64,000 nucleotides of DNA, from NCBI GenBank assembly GCA_963693365.1, contig CAVNZM010000006.1, forward strand, positions 5,745,264 through 5,809,263. Direction: 5' to 3'. Both the position numbers and the translations under genes were made by a program. Shown here in pieces: positions 1-34,043 of this stretch (positions are counted from its first letter, which is position 1; each line of letters starts with the position of its first letter). The notes under the pieces were generated by a model that was given only the letters and a program-made list of their open reading frames with translations, made no database searches and was not told the origin of the DNA. The DNA is from Amoebidium appalachense. Lineage: Eukaryota > Protista > Ichthyosporea.

Positions 1-637
1 AAGCAGAAAAGGCAGCATGCCATGCCAAACAGATCATGGGAGAGGCACAAAGGTCCATAAGATTAAGTGCAAGGGAAGGCCTGAGCGGTGAAGGCATTGG
101 TATCCACAAGATGCAAAAGGACACACCTAACGTATTACATAAAAAACAACTTCTAAAACGGAGGAACCACCTGTAAGGCCCAGAACAGAGAGACAGGGGA
201 GGGGAGAGAAAAAGTGGAAAAGAGGCAGGGGGTGGTGGGGAGAGAGGGGGGAGGGGGGGGGGGGGGGGAAGGGGGGAGATCACCTGATGGACTCCCTCCG
301 CTGTAGATGCATCTATCCGGCCGCCATGACGGGTTTGATGCCACACCCAATCCCTGAGGAATGGCTGGGGAGGGCACGTGCCAGCTTCGACAGAGTCCTC
401 ATGATCCGCTATGCAATAATCAATGTACCGTGCAACGAATGGCTGTTCCAGCTTGGCATGATCTTTAGACCAAGATTTGTTTTCCTTAATGACTTTTTTG
501 TTCACCCCATCTGGGTTGTTTGTTGAACCCGCTGCAGCCAAAAGACAAAAGGCGAGGATAACATGAACGAGAATCCTCAGCAAAGCCCAATGGCCTTGCC
601 CACGTCCAATGCGGACGCGAGCATGTTTGTAACCCAT
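1..637 (-). CDS. 5' part of a putative secreted or single-pass membrane protein of unknown function; probably runs off the window; divergent from the RdRP gene
   Basis: ATG at 637 opens a 118-codon stop-free frame MGYKHARVRIGRGQGHWALLRILVHVILAFCLLAAAGSTNNPDG...AEGVHQ with a hydrophobic signal or anchor segment. It ends at a CAG|GTGATC donor (exon 637-284) followed by a sense-strand C-run typical of local introns. Downstream exons are unresolved. Confidence 0.55.
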   Translation of the reverse strand, partial: MGYKHARVRIGRGQGHWALLRILVHVILAFCLLAAAGSTNNPDGVNKKVIKENKSWSKDHAKLEQPFVARYIDYCIADHEDSVEAGTCPPQPFLRDWVWHQTRHGGRIDASTAEGVHQVISPLPPPPPLPPLSPPPPASFPLFLSPPLSLCSGPYRWFLRFRSCFLCNTLGVSFCILWIPMPSPLRPSLALNLMDLCASPMICLAWHAAFSA

Positions 638-986
638 GCTCACACAAAATATGTACTGTCAGTTATGATCGAGCATTAAAGGGTGTTGTCTGTTTTTATT
701 ATTTTTATATGAGCCTACTGCAATATGGCTGTGTCACACCTGTCAACTGCCAGTCCAGGCTGTGACTGCCCGTTCAAGTACGCCACCACCTGCACGTGGT
801 TGACGTGGTCTTGCTTAGCCCGCCTTTCGAGTTTATTCCTCGAATCAGACGCCACCAACGATGAGCCACAAAAACGGGTCAGAAAACGGGTCAGGAACGA
901 TTCGAGCTGATTCGACCCATAATAGTTCGAACCGACCCATTTATGCCCCAAATAAATTTGGCACCAAATAATTTGGCACGAACCTG

Positions 987-1147
987 GTGACGTAAAATGT
1001 GGCACGAATTTATTTGGCACCAGCCCGCTAGCGGAGCACATCCAGGGGTATCCCCAAGCTCCTGTCGGTGCCTGGGCGACATCCTGCCCCATTTTCACCG
1101 TTTTGCAGGCTCGTGCCAAATAAATTTCGTGCCAAATATTACGTCAC
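987..1147. mobile_element. MITE-like foldback element with ~34-bp imperfect inverted repeats
   Basis: GTGACGTAAAATGTGGCACGAATTTATTTGGCAC (987-1020) is the near reverse complement of GTGCCAAATAAATTTCGTGCCAAATATTACGTCAC (1113-1147). Extra TTTGGCAC sub-repeats lie at 957-980. No clear TSD. Confidence 0.55.
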
Positions 1148-1181
1148 ACCCTAGGAGCTTGGGAATTGAGGGTAGCACCGT

Positions 1182-1220
1182 CAAGGCCTCCTAAATAGGT
1201 GTGCTATTTAGGAGGCCTTG
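1182..1220. other. Perfect 17-bp-stem hairpin/cruciform in the divergent promoter region
   Basis: CAAGGCCTCCTAAATAG (1182-1198), loop GTGTG, CTATTTAGGAGGCCTTG (1204-1220). Confidence 0.8.
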
Positions 1221-1625
1221 GCGGCAGTAGCCGGGGAAAAACGGAAGTTTGCGCGCAGTTGTTTCTTCCAGTGCCGCTTTGATGCATGTCAGATGCACCT
1301 ATGGGTAGATGAATTGTACTGTGTGAATGTTGACAAAACACGTGTGTGGTTCTATGCAAATACACATAACAACCAGAAACATACATTCCCTCTTCCTCTG
1401 CCTTTCTTCTCACGCTTTTACAGTTTTGTCGCAATGATGGTGGCACAACTTGAGAAACGAATATTTTAACACACATGATACTTAAAAGAGTAGGATCACC
1501 TCATCGATCAGCCCAAGCAGTATTACTTGTAAAGGTTGGTGTCACTTCGCAGAGCCAAAGTCATCCGCGCACGACCTCATGCCAGCGTAAAAAGATGACA
1601 CACACTCCATACTAGTTGCCATAAC

Positions 1626-23467
<21,842 letters not shown>

Positions 23468-24051
23468 TTGGATTCAGATCATGCAGGTTGAACAGCTTGC
23501 TATAGCGACTTAAATGAGTGATATGGTATGATGATTGGTTTTATAAGTGCATTATGCTTACGTTTATAGTACCCCCCCCCCCCCCCCCCCCCCCCCCCCC
23601 GTGTTCCCCTCCCCCCGTCCGCCTCTCTCTTGCTCACCCTGTGTATGCGCGCGCGGGTGTGTGTCACGGACGGTCTTTCTGGCTAACATTCATGTAGGCC
23701 CCGGCCGAAGGTTTCCGCATTGAATGAACGAATGATGGTTTGCCATGTCAGATGTTGCTTGTAAGCGTTTTAAATTCTTCACAGCAACACCATGCATAAT
23801 CCATAATTTTCATACTCACCTATAATTAATTAGTTAGTTGTTGCAACCCTGGGTCGTATGTAGAAGAGGGCTGCCATACAGGCGCTCAGACTGGACCACT
23901 CAAAATCTAAATCTTTGCTTGATTTTTGCATTTGAATGTACAGTATATATATATCTTATGAGCCAATGAACAAACATCGGCTGGCTCAGGTGAAAGATTG
24001 GCACACTTCGTAAATTCTGACATGGCATTAGCATGTGTGATCTCCCCCTCC

Positions 24052-24086
<35 letters not shown>

Positions 24087-24639
24087 TTAGCACCCGCCCT
24101 GCAGCTGCCCTCCTTTCGCATTGCATGCAAACGCCATCCACTATCACTGCCACAACGAAAAAAACGTTGTTCGATGATAAACAAACGGCCCGCAAATGTA
24201 TACCTGAAATGGATGTAAGAGAACGCACCTGTTTTGTGCTCTTCGAAGATATATACGTGTATGTGCACATAAGAGCTAAACCGAAACAACCTGTTCACTC
24301 GGGCCAGTTCTTCATAATAATAAAAAAAATTAAAAATACTCATAAAAAAATTCAATTGGTACAGCTGGATAGCAGTGGAAGTAGAGTTTGGGGATGAAAC
24401 GGAAGGCAAGAGACAGTGGCCCGGGAACATGAGGTGTGCGAGTGCCGAAGAGAGACGGTGACTGGTTGCAGTTTTGTTCGTTCGTCAGAAGTGTTCCATG
24501 TTGTGATCTTGACTGTCGAAGTCAAAACATGCGCGTGCTTGGATATTCATTGGTTTTCTTTCTCACTTCATAAAAGTCACGCAACAAGCCGAAACCCCAA
24601 AAAAGAAATACCTGAAGCCAAGTGAAAAACGCTAACAAG

Positions 24640-25496
24640 TTAAAATTTTGTGGGGAAAAAGACGTGATTGTCATTTTTTAAACTAGAACATGCGTCAAGT
24701 TTGGAAGACACGAGATTGAATTCAAGTGAAAGACGCGAACAAATCCAATCAACAAACTCGTTTGTAGGTACCACCACACACTTATCATTAAACTGAACTT
24801 CTACTTCTCTGACATTTCTCAAAATGGTCTAATGAGGTTAAAAAAAAAAACACACACGTTATATCTCCACAAATGATGTCACAACATACCTGCATGTACC
24901 TCGTTGGGAGGAAGTACTGTCAACGTTGGCCTTGGTGCCGGCACCTCATAAACATCACATCTCACTGATACTTTCAATATTATGAACAAACAGCTAATTC
25001 TTGCCTCTAAGGAGGAGTAGTGCATATTTTTGTTCAGACGCGTATATGTGCTGGCTTGCCAGATGCCCAAGTCCTCATCACTAGCGCTTTCCAATTCCTC
25101 CCGCTGCACGTTCTGAAACTGTGTCGAGTTGCTTGGCAATCGCATCCAAATGTTCCTCGAACTTGAAATGGAGCATTTGAATCTCCTTCCTGTACTGGGC
25201 CTCCTACCACCGCATCATATTCTCCTTCTTTTCGACTTCCTGTTTCAGCTTGGCCACTTCATCTTGCAGTTGGACTTCGTGTTTGCTGCGCTCAACATGC
25301 AGAGTGGCTGTTGTGATGATTGCAGCGAGGGCAAGCAAGCCTGCCACGACTGGGGTGCTTCTTCCTTCCCCATAGCGCGAAAAGTAGGAAACTCGGCCAT
25401 TCCCGCCACTTCGTCTGTGCGCATGAGCGCTTTTTACGACTCTCCCTAGAGATCTCCTTCAAGTAGTTACGACTCTCTCTCAGCTGCAGCCTTGTC
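24640..25496 (-). pseudogene. Decayed gene for a transmembrane plus coiled-coil protein, cut at its 5' side by the THAP element
   Basis: Minus strand reads ...KWREWPSFLLFALWG/(frameshift)STPVVAGLLALAAIITTATLHVERSKHEVQLQDEVAKLKQEVEKKENMMRW*EAQYRKEIQMLHFKFEEHLDAIAKQLDT, with an in-frame TAG and frameshifts. Further exon-like fragments run to ~24640. Confidence 0.5.
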
Positions 25497-26400
25497 CACG
25501 GCCATCTAGAAACACCATCTAGAAACACCAGGCCGTCTAACGCGATTAACATTCCCGGGATAATGACATTTTAACCAAAAATGGCTATTCTGCATTCCAC
25601 AAGGGGGTGCGGCCTACTTTTCATGGCAACCGCGTATCCAGACGATTACGTAATCGTGCAATGAATTTGAAGATCCGAATCGGGTCACACCACGGCCCAT
25701 AATGCAGCGCTTATCATCTGTAAATATTATATACTCAAATCGAATCGGGCTGAAAGAAAAGCCCGACGGGTATCGCGGAGAAAACTGCTGCACTTGCCGT
25801 ACAAACAAACGCATGAGTAAGCTGTTTTCCTGCTCCACTTTTTTGTCTTGTTGTTGTTGCGAGCACTTTGAGCCACTTTGGGCATATAATGAGAACAAAA
25901 TAATCTATCTAACATATACCTTCATTTGCAAGGATTGCATACGGCAACTGTTATGGCTGGTAGACCCGGATCCGTTCCGGTTTCTCTCTGTTCCCGCCCT
26001 CCCTCCTCTCACTTTTTGGCGAGCGGACCTCAAGCGTTAGCGTGTTGCTGCTCAGTCCTCGCGACTGTACGGGTTTCCACTTTTCGGTGGTGAGTACAAG
26101 AGCTCTCTTGTCGCTCCGTAACCCCTAACAACCGGCACCGGTCTCCCGGACGGCCCTGTTTGAGTTTCTTTATGTCCCTTGTTACCAAGTATTTTTGTCA
26201 CAACTCTGACATAAAAGGATAACCGTTGTATTTTCTATTGTCTTTTTGCTGACCGCTCTATTATACAGACCAACTACCCATGTACCTGGGTTCAAACACG
26301 ACATCTCTATCTCAACGTTTTACCTAAGCCTAAGCCATGTTTTTCCAGTTACTGTTTTGGTTGGAATGTTTGACACACGTGTGTAAGTTCTTGCCTCTCT

Positions 26401-26488
<88 letters not shown>

Positions 26489-28172
26489 CCCAAAACACAC
26501 ACACACACACACGTACACACACACACACACATACACACACACAACACATACATTCACTCTCTATCTATGAATTTATGGGGATATATGTATATGTATATAC
26601 GTATTTATATATGTCCAAACTGCACATATTGAAAAAAAAACGTTACTACACTCAGAGCTACACCTGCACTTCATCGTGCAGGTTATCAGCTAAAGTTGCT
26701 TGGTTATTCAAAAAGCTATGCCCGTTTGTTTTTATATTCACAACAGGTTGTCTCTACTTTTGCACTACATCTACCTGTTACACATCTATTTTAGGGTGTG
26801 GTACTTAACAAATTGGCGGTGGTAAGGGGTTTCGCGGGCGGGGAGGCGGGTAGGAGGGCAAAGGCTACGTAGTGACCATCGGATGTGAAATGGACATGAC
26901 CGGCTAGTATGGGGAAAGGGAGCGTCCCGTTTTCGGTTTCCTTAATTTTGGCGTGGGTTTGAACACAAAAACTCGACGCCACACCGGTTGTGGTCTTATG
27001 GGCTGACCAGCACGGATGGTGTAGAATTGCTTGGCACACGGCATCAATGAAGTTAGTGTCTGCAAACCTAATTTGGTCTGCAAGGACACGAGCATGCTCC
27101 TGCTCGAGCATAAGACGCTTGCTTCGCTCCTCTGCCTCTCGTTCGCTAAGTTCACGTGCACGTTTCTGCTGCGCTTAACGCTTACGTGCGTCTTTCTCCG
27201 CTCGTAACTGTTGCTTGCGCTCCTCCTCCGCCAACCGTAGTATAGCGGCTTCTGCCTCGATTCTGTGTGCCTCCCTTTTCGCTGCTGCCGTTCTCACGTT
27301 TATGCTCCTTTCACCTAGCACGATGGTTTTAGTTGGGTCCTTAGGGTCAGAGAAGATGCGAGGGGCAATGGGTGGGTCGGAATTGGTATCGCGAGAGAAG
27401 ATCGCTTGCTTAAGGGGCCGGTTCCCTCGCGTTGGATCACAGGACCCCTTGGGAAAATAATCTGCGTCGACGAAATGCTTGACGCAGACGTGAGGCCTAT
27501 CATCTTTGTATGTTTCAAACAAGCATGCCTTGCTACCCCATATGCATCCCCTGCCTGAAGGCAACTTTCATACCACAACTGCCACAGCTTTGGCTGCTTT
27601 TCCGGGTCGGGAAACCTAAAAGTAGAAACGGTAACGCTCTGGCCGACACCGGCTTGCGGGTGTACATTTTCCTTACCCCTGTCCTTTCGAGTCTCCATAG
27701 CATAGTTACTCTTACAGTTGTATACAATGCACTTGTTCCCCATGATCTCTAAAGCGGAAACTAACCATCCCTAAAAAGATACAACGCCATGGCATGGGCA
27801 TATTGCCCATCCAGGTGCCACAGCAACCATAGGTGTCTTTGCGAGGGCAGTGTTCAAACAGTACACCTACGTATGGCGGGGGGTGCGGCCGCATAAACAG
27901 ACCGGCGATCGGCCGTACTCTTGTAGGTCTAAATCACCAATCGGCCGAGCCGAAAGAGAGGTTAAACGTCAAATAAAAATTGATGAAATTTAACTCGTTT
28001 GTAGATCACGTTGCTGCCGAAGGCGGATAAATCTGTGGAGAACATTTTCCCGCCATTTTAGTAGGCCGCACCACCCCCGAGACCAAAAAACTTGCGCAAA
28101 CAAATGAGCAAATTCCGATGACGTTGCCTTAGACGGCCTGGTGTTTCTAGATGGTGTTTCTAGATGGCCGTG
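25497..28172 (-). mobile_element. Non-autonomous TIR DNA transposon (2676 bp), P-element-like, encoding a decayed THAP protein
   Basis: Perfect 44-bp TIRs CACGGCCATCTAGAAACACCATCTAGAAACACCAGGCCGTCTAA at 25497-25540 and 28129-28172. Each has an internal 13-bp direct repeat and a 5'-CA terminus. An internal THAP ORF is present. No DDE core recognised and no matching TSD. Confidence 0.85.
26791..27743 (-). pseudogene. THAP (C2CH zinc finger) plus coiled-coil protein, frameshifted
   Basis: MGNKCIVYNCKSNY...TFRFPDPEKQPKLWQLW, then a frameshift near 27520-27550, then HVCVKHFVDADY...PLKQAIF...APRIF, giving the THAP signature C-x4-C...FP...W...C-x2-HF. A charged coiled coil follows, with an in-frame TAA at 27175-27177 and the same frame continuing to 26791. 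Confidence 0.8.
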
Positions 28173-28239
28173 AGCCTCAGGTCACAGCTGTGTTTTCAGA
28201 GTTTGGGACTGAATCAGTCCTGTCCACTACTGGGCCAAC

Positions 28240-28269
28240 CACGGCCATCTAGAAACACCGATGGCCGTG
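28240..28269. mobile_element. 30-bp two-ended remnant (footprint) of the THAP element
   Basis: CACGGCCATCTAGAAACACC (first 20 bp of the TIR) fused to GATGGCCGTG (last 10 bp of the opposite TIR). Flanks GGGCCAAC and GTCCCAAG match at 5/8 positions. Confidence 0.8.
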
Positions 28270-28287
28270 GTCCCAAGACTCCCAACA

Positions 28288-28566
28288 GAGCATGATGGCA
28301 GGTGTTACCCAATCAAAATTAGCCAAAAAGAATTCGCGCCATTTTTGATAGCTAGCCCAACCATAAAAGGTTAGTTTTGTCCCCTTGCTGGCTATAGCTA
28401 ACGTTTTGCCAACGATTATGGCTGAAGAGTTGCCTGCAGAATTATTATTTCTACCAAACAAATTACAAGCTTTCAGTAAAAGTATCGATAACAGCCAAAA
28501 AAGCGCTCTTGAGGGGTGATAACATCGCTACAAACTCAGCCAGTCAGAAATGCCATTATTATGCTG
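28288..28566 (+). mobile_element. hAT-like MITE (~280 bp)
   Basis: Ends GAGCATGATGGCA...TGCCATTATTATGCTG. Collinear with 50611-50904, sharing CTGCAG.ATTATTATTTCT..AAACAA and CTCAGCCAGTC. Confidence 0.7.
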
Positions 28567-28678
28567 GCAAGATGTGGCTCAACGGAGTAGGATTTCATTG
28601 GTCCAAAAGTGTAAACCGATCCGTGTCCAGTTACTCCAGTACAGTATCATGGTGTCACTCCTCCCCTCCCCCCCCCCC

Positions 28679-28709
<31 letters not shown>

Positions 28710-28789
28710 GTCACGGGCCCTGCGCGTGTGTGCGTGTGTGCGCGTGTGCGCGTGTGCGCGTGTGCGCGTGTGCGCGTGCGTGCGTGTAT

Positions 28790-28846
<57 letters not shown>

Positions 28847-30274
28847 TGTGTGCGTGTGTGTGTGTATTATATAAGGTACCAGTGTACACCTGCCGTTACG
28901 GCATTGTGTACGTAGTTTGGAACTTTTTACTGAAATTGTGTGCCCTTCCCGCCTGGGGCCAGCGCTTCTGCCGGGGGATGTTCCCCCTCATCACAGCCAC
29001 CATGTATACGTACGTATAGCTATAGGGCTGTACACACGTGCACAAGCATGTGTTCGCAGACACACACTTACACACACCGTACGACTCACACATTCACGGT
29101 CACAGTACTCGCACACTATAAATTTTAGATTCCCTCAACGGCCGTGTTATTGAACACGAACGCACACGCACGTACATGTGCACTGGCAGTGCCCACGCCA
29201 ATATATACACACGCACGTCACGCACACCAACACATGCCGCATGATGTACTCAGCATACAAACACGCGCACACGGCTATTCACAGCTCATTGTAACCCACC
29301 GGTGCCACCTCTTGGTTTCCGACGTTTTTCATACGACCAGGTAGTCGATGATCAAGTGCCCTCCGTGTGTTGGTGGAGGTGTAAGGTGTGCATGTGCGGG
29401 TGCATGTGCGTGTGCGTGTGTGTGTGCGTGTGTGTTTGCATGTGCATGTGTCTATGGGTATGCACATGCTTGAGTCCGTTGCGTTGTTTTTTTCTTCCTC
29501 TCTCTCTCTCTCTCTCTCACTTTGTTTTTTTTGCTATATTATCCTTTCCAAAATGGGGGGGAGGGGGGGGGGGAGGAGGGAGGGAGGGGAGGGGGGGAGG
29601 GGGGGGGGGGGGAGGGGGGAGGAATGCATATGCAATGGATGGCAAGCCAGCGCTGGAATACAGGGAATTAGAGGCTTGACATTCATGAGTGCTGAAAATT
29701 TGCTTTTACTGTGATATCATGGAAAAAAGAGCCTGGGGAATCCATTCAATTTTGGTGGCAAAGGGACTCCGAGGGGCGAGGGAGGGGGGAGGATGGAGGA
29801 AAGGGGTGCAAGGCCGTGCTTGTTTTCTGTTTCCTTTTCAGGATAATTTGGTTTTGTTTTTGTTTTTCCTTGTTTTGCCTACATATATTCACATGTATAG
29901 CTTATCATCCATACATAGCTCGTTATATGTAGCTGAAATAGTATTTGATGACTCAGTTACGTTTTGTACAACACTTCGCCAACGGTATACCGTATCATGA
30001 AACCTCCTTGCCACACACGTTATTTCCAACGGTTATATTATCTACTCGTTACAGTAGCGCATACATAAATTGCGAATGCATGTCTTTCCCGTACTAGATT
30101 CAAAAAAGAGGAAAAATTTAAACCCCCCTCAAACTACACCCCAAATAAACTGCATGTCGTCCCCTTTTGAAATCCACAACAGAAGAAAAATCAACCCCGC
30201 CTGCACCTAAACATCTACTCCATGTCGTTAAGTTCCACAGGGTACTGAAATTCACAAGAAAAATCAAACCCCCC

Positions 30275-31222
30275 TCACACCACACCCCCACCCAGAGCCA
30301 ATCCCGTCACGAACCCCTGCACATCCCGTGTGCTATAATCGTACCCCTCTGTTTCGTCATTGCCCCCATACCCATCATATCCCGAAATTCCGGGTCCAAA
30401 AACACCGCCGGGCCCGAAAAACACCCCTGGGCCGCGACCATAAGGACCCCCTCCATAAAATCCGTACGGGCGGCGGGGTGGAAGGGGAATGGCACCCCCA
30501 GGCCCAAGAACCAGAGTGTTGATGGGGCTGACGGGGCTGAAACCGAGAGGGAAGACGCCACCCCCACGTAGGTCCCTGATGAGGGGGGCTGGCGAGGGAG
30601 GGGGGGAGGGGGAGGGGGGAGGGGGGGAGGGGGGGTAGAGTGAGTCTGTGTGTGTTTTTGTTTTTTTTTCTTTTTTTGTTTTTTTTTGGGGGGGGGGGGA
30701 AAGGGGGGGGGGGGGGGGGGGGAGTGAATGAGTGATTGTATTGGGGGGGGGAAGAATTATGAGGGGGGGGGGGGGGGGGGGGGGAGGGGGAGATATGGTG
30801 AGCTTCATGTGTGTGTTTGTGTGGCGTTGTTGGGAGAAGTGACATTTGTAGGGGGAGGGGAGGAGGGAGGGGCGGGGCAGGAGGGGGGGGGGGGGGGGGG
30901 GGGGGAAGGTACTAGAAAAATGGTGTTGCAGAGGTCGTCAGACATTGTCAAGTGGTATGGAAAAATTGGATGAGACAGCAAAAAAAAGGTGGCAGTGTGT
31001 GTGTGTGTGTTGGGGGGAGGGGGGAGGGGGGGGGGGGGGGGGGGGGTTGCTCTGTCTCTCAGTCAGATTTATTTGTTTCTTTACATTCTCTTGATGATTG
31101 CATTTAATCCTGGTTCCCCACACGTTTTACCTTTGTACTGTATTAGACTAAACACTTGATGTGTGACACCAATTGTTCATGTTTAATTAAGATCACGGTT
31201 GAAAAACTCCTCCTTCCCCTCA

Positions 31223-31255
<33 letters not shown>

Positions 31256-31380
31256 TCCCCCCTTCGCTCCCCCCACAAACGGGGACACCATGGCACACGA
31301 CCACGCGGGTTTCTGGGAATCCATTCAATATTCACAACTGCTACATACAACGGGCTCGATTCCGATTGAAACGTGTGTTG

Positions 31381-31429
<49 letters not shown>

Positions 31430-31581
31430 TGCTCACTGTATGGCACGGCCGGGCCTCCGACGGGTGGCTCAGTGAGATAAGGCACCGCGCCGCCCTTCTT
31501 GCCTCCTGCGTGTGTGGTCGGCGCGCAGAGGAAAAGAGCAACCACCGCCCATATCCACAGGGCCATTTGGTTTGGCGACAT
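30275..31581 (-). CDS. Small secreted Gly/Pro/Tyr-rich protein (~153 aa), possibly cell-wall or adhesive
   Basis: Exons 31581-31437, 31312-31297 (16-nt microexon, inferred to restore phase) and 30575-30275 give MSPNQMALWIWAVVALFLCAPTTHA|GGKKGGAVPYLTEPPVGGPAVPYKTRVVVDLRGGGVFPLGF...PYGFYGGGPYGRGPGVFFGPGGVFGPGISGYDGYGG...LALGGGVV*. Clear signal peptide. Confidence 0.7.
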
Positions 31582-32350
31582 GATGACGCTGTTCTAGCCT
31601 TATTGTTTTTCAGTGTTTTGTTTTTGTTTTCCGGTACCTTTTCGTGCTTTGGGACGGGCTTGTTTTTGGGAAATGACCAGGCGTTAGGGAAGAAGAAGCT
31701 CGTAAGGTGTGGGATAGTGATGATGGTCGGTGCGATTTTGTTCTCTCTGTCTGTTTTTTTCGTGGTCAACACAAGCGCGTGCATGTAGCTATTTACAACT
31801 ATGTACGCGTGAACGCCTTTCTGGCCATTCCACGCCGTGATGCCGGGTGGGATGGTATTTGAGTTTTTCCAGGGCGCCAATCATACCTCGTAAACCATAC
31901 CTTTATATAGTTACAAAAACGACCCAATCAAACAATCGAATGCTCAAAAATAGCGAATCGTCATTCCTTGTGTTGAACTGTATATAGTAACAAGATTCAT
32001 GAAAACCAATCACGGCGTATCAAAACATCCCAGGCGCCGCAGGCGGCAACGCTCGAGATCTGGTGTGCAAGCCCAACGATCTGTTTTCTTTCATGCTGAT
32101 GCCACTGCCAGAAACAACGACAACAAATGAAAACCACTTGTCAAAAGACACCCAAAAAACATAAAAACGCATGCCCCGCTTCTCACCCCTTTTACCATTC
32201 ATTACCCTCGCCCTTTCAAGCTCTGACAATTCCAAACAAAAACATTCCACTTTCTCAGCAAACTTCTTTCTCGAATTTTTCTCAAACTCTTTATTCTATC
32301 CCACCACCTCTTTTAAAATCTTCGACATTCTTTTCACCCCAGCTGAAATC

Positions 32351-32525
32351 ATGGCCTCCACTACTATGGGACCCTCTGAGGGCCGCCTGCCCGCGCGCAA
32401 AATCCTTATTCCCGTGGACGGCTCCCCCCACAGCACAAATGCAGTCAACGTGAAGACCCCCTCCCCCCCCGCCCCCCTCCCCCCCCAAACACACACACTG
32501 ATACACAGACACACGCAGACACACG

Positions 32526-32561
<36 letters not shown>

Positions 32562-33379
32562 TGCACACACACACATACAACACACACACACACACAGACA
32601 CACATCCGGTACCATCACCGTCATATACACACCACACAACGAGTACAGACACACATTCGTGTACACACATGCGCAAGCACGAACACACACCCACACACAA
32701 ACACACACGTATGAAGTAACAGAAACAAGCATGAAAACACAGCCGCACAACAAAATTTAAATATACACAAAACAAACCTACCTTAACTTCCGATTTCTCC
32801 TTCATTTAATTTTGCACGCCCTCTTCTTCCATTTCTCCCGTGCTCCTGTGCCTCAATCTCCGCTGAAATGATTATTCGAGCTTACCAGGTCCCGCATTAC
32901 CCCCTCTTTTGACAGTACCCCCCCCCCCCCCCCTCCCCCCCCCACCCCCCCCCCCCATTCCCCCGAAGTCACACACACCGTGACACGTGGCACACACACA
33001 CGCACACACATAAAGGGGATAATAGCGGGGGGAGGGGGGGGGGGGAGAGGGGAGGAGGGGGGTAGGGGAGAGGGGAGGGGGGAGGGGGGTTCAACGAGAG
33101 TAACAGAAAGAAATGAAAAGGAAGACGTTTCTTCCTTTTCTTGTTTTATTTATTTTTTTTGTTTGAAGGGGGGAAGGGGGGGGGGGCTCGGGAGGAGGAT
33201 GAGGGGGTCGCACGGGGGGAGGGGGGGGGGGGGGGGGGGGGGGGTGTTGCAGTTTCCGTGCATTTGATTGGCTAAAAACAACGCTATACTCTATTGATAG
33301 TATACATTTCACAGTGGGCTCTCAAGACAGCTCTGCAACACGGAGACCATGTGACCGTGCTCTCCGTACGTGTGCCTTG

Positions 33380-33426
<47 letters not shown>

Positions 33427-33451
33427 CCGCCGCCTTCATTTCCCCTTAAGG

Positions 33452-33485
<34 letters not shown>

Positions 33486-34008
33486 GAAAAAGGAAAGATA
33501 GTAAACAAGCAATAGGGGGGGAAAAAACTAAAAAGAAATCAGGCACGAATAAGTCTTGGTCACACCTCATTGTGCATCCTTGATTTTAGGTGCATTCACT
33601 TTTGGTATTTGCTTATGTATAAATAGATAGCGCCTGAGTAAGCAATTACTATATTCGGCTTTATTTCTCTGATTCTATTGGACTACTGGACAGATACACC
33701 AAGTGTACATGCACGAAAGCTCGGGTGTAGGCAATTCGCAAACAATGCCCCCCCACCTCCCTCCCCGCCCCACCTCCCCCCTTCCCCCTCCCTCTCCCCC
33801 CTCCCTTCCCTCAAAAAACATGCACTCCCTCTCTCATGTGTGTCTCCTCCCTCATTCGCTTTAATCAACGCACATGAAGATGCATACTCTGGCAGTAACA
33901 TGGTCAAACATGCTGCGTGCTTGCTGGTTTTGACTCTCCTCCCCACCCCCCTCCCTTTCTAACTTAGTATAATTAATATTATTGGTTTCTCCTCCCCCGT
34001 TTCCTTGC

Positions 34009-34043
<35 letters not shown>

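Noticed and set aside
25702-26040. Cys-rich plus-strand ORF as a PHD or zinc finger
   Set aside because: The Cys spacing does not fit a known finger, and the ORF is antisense to the element's coding strand.
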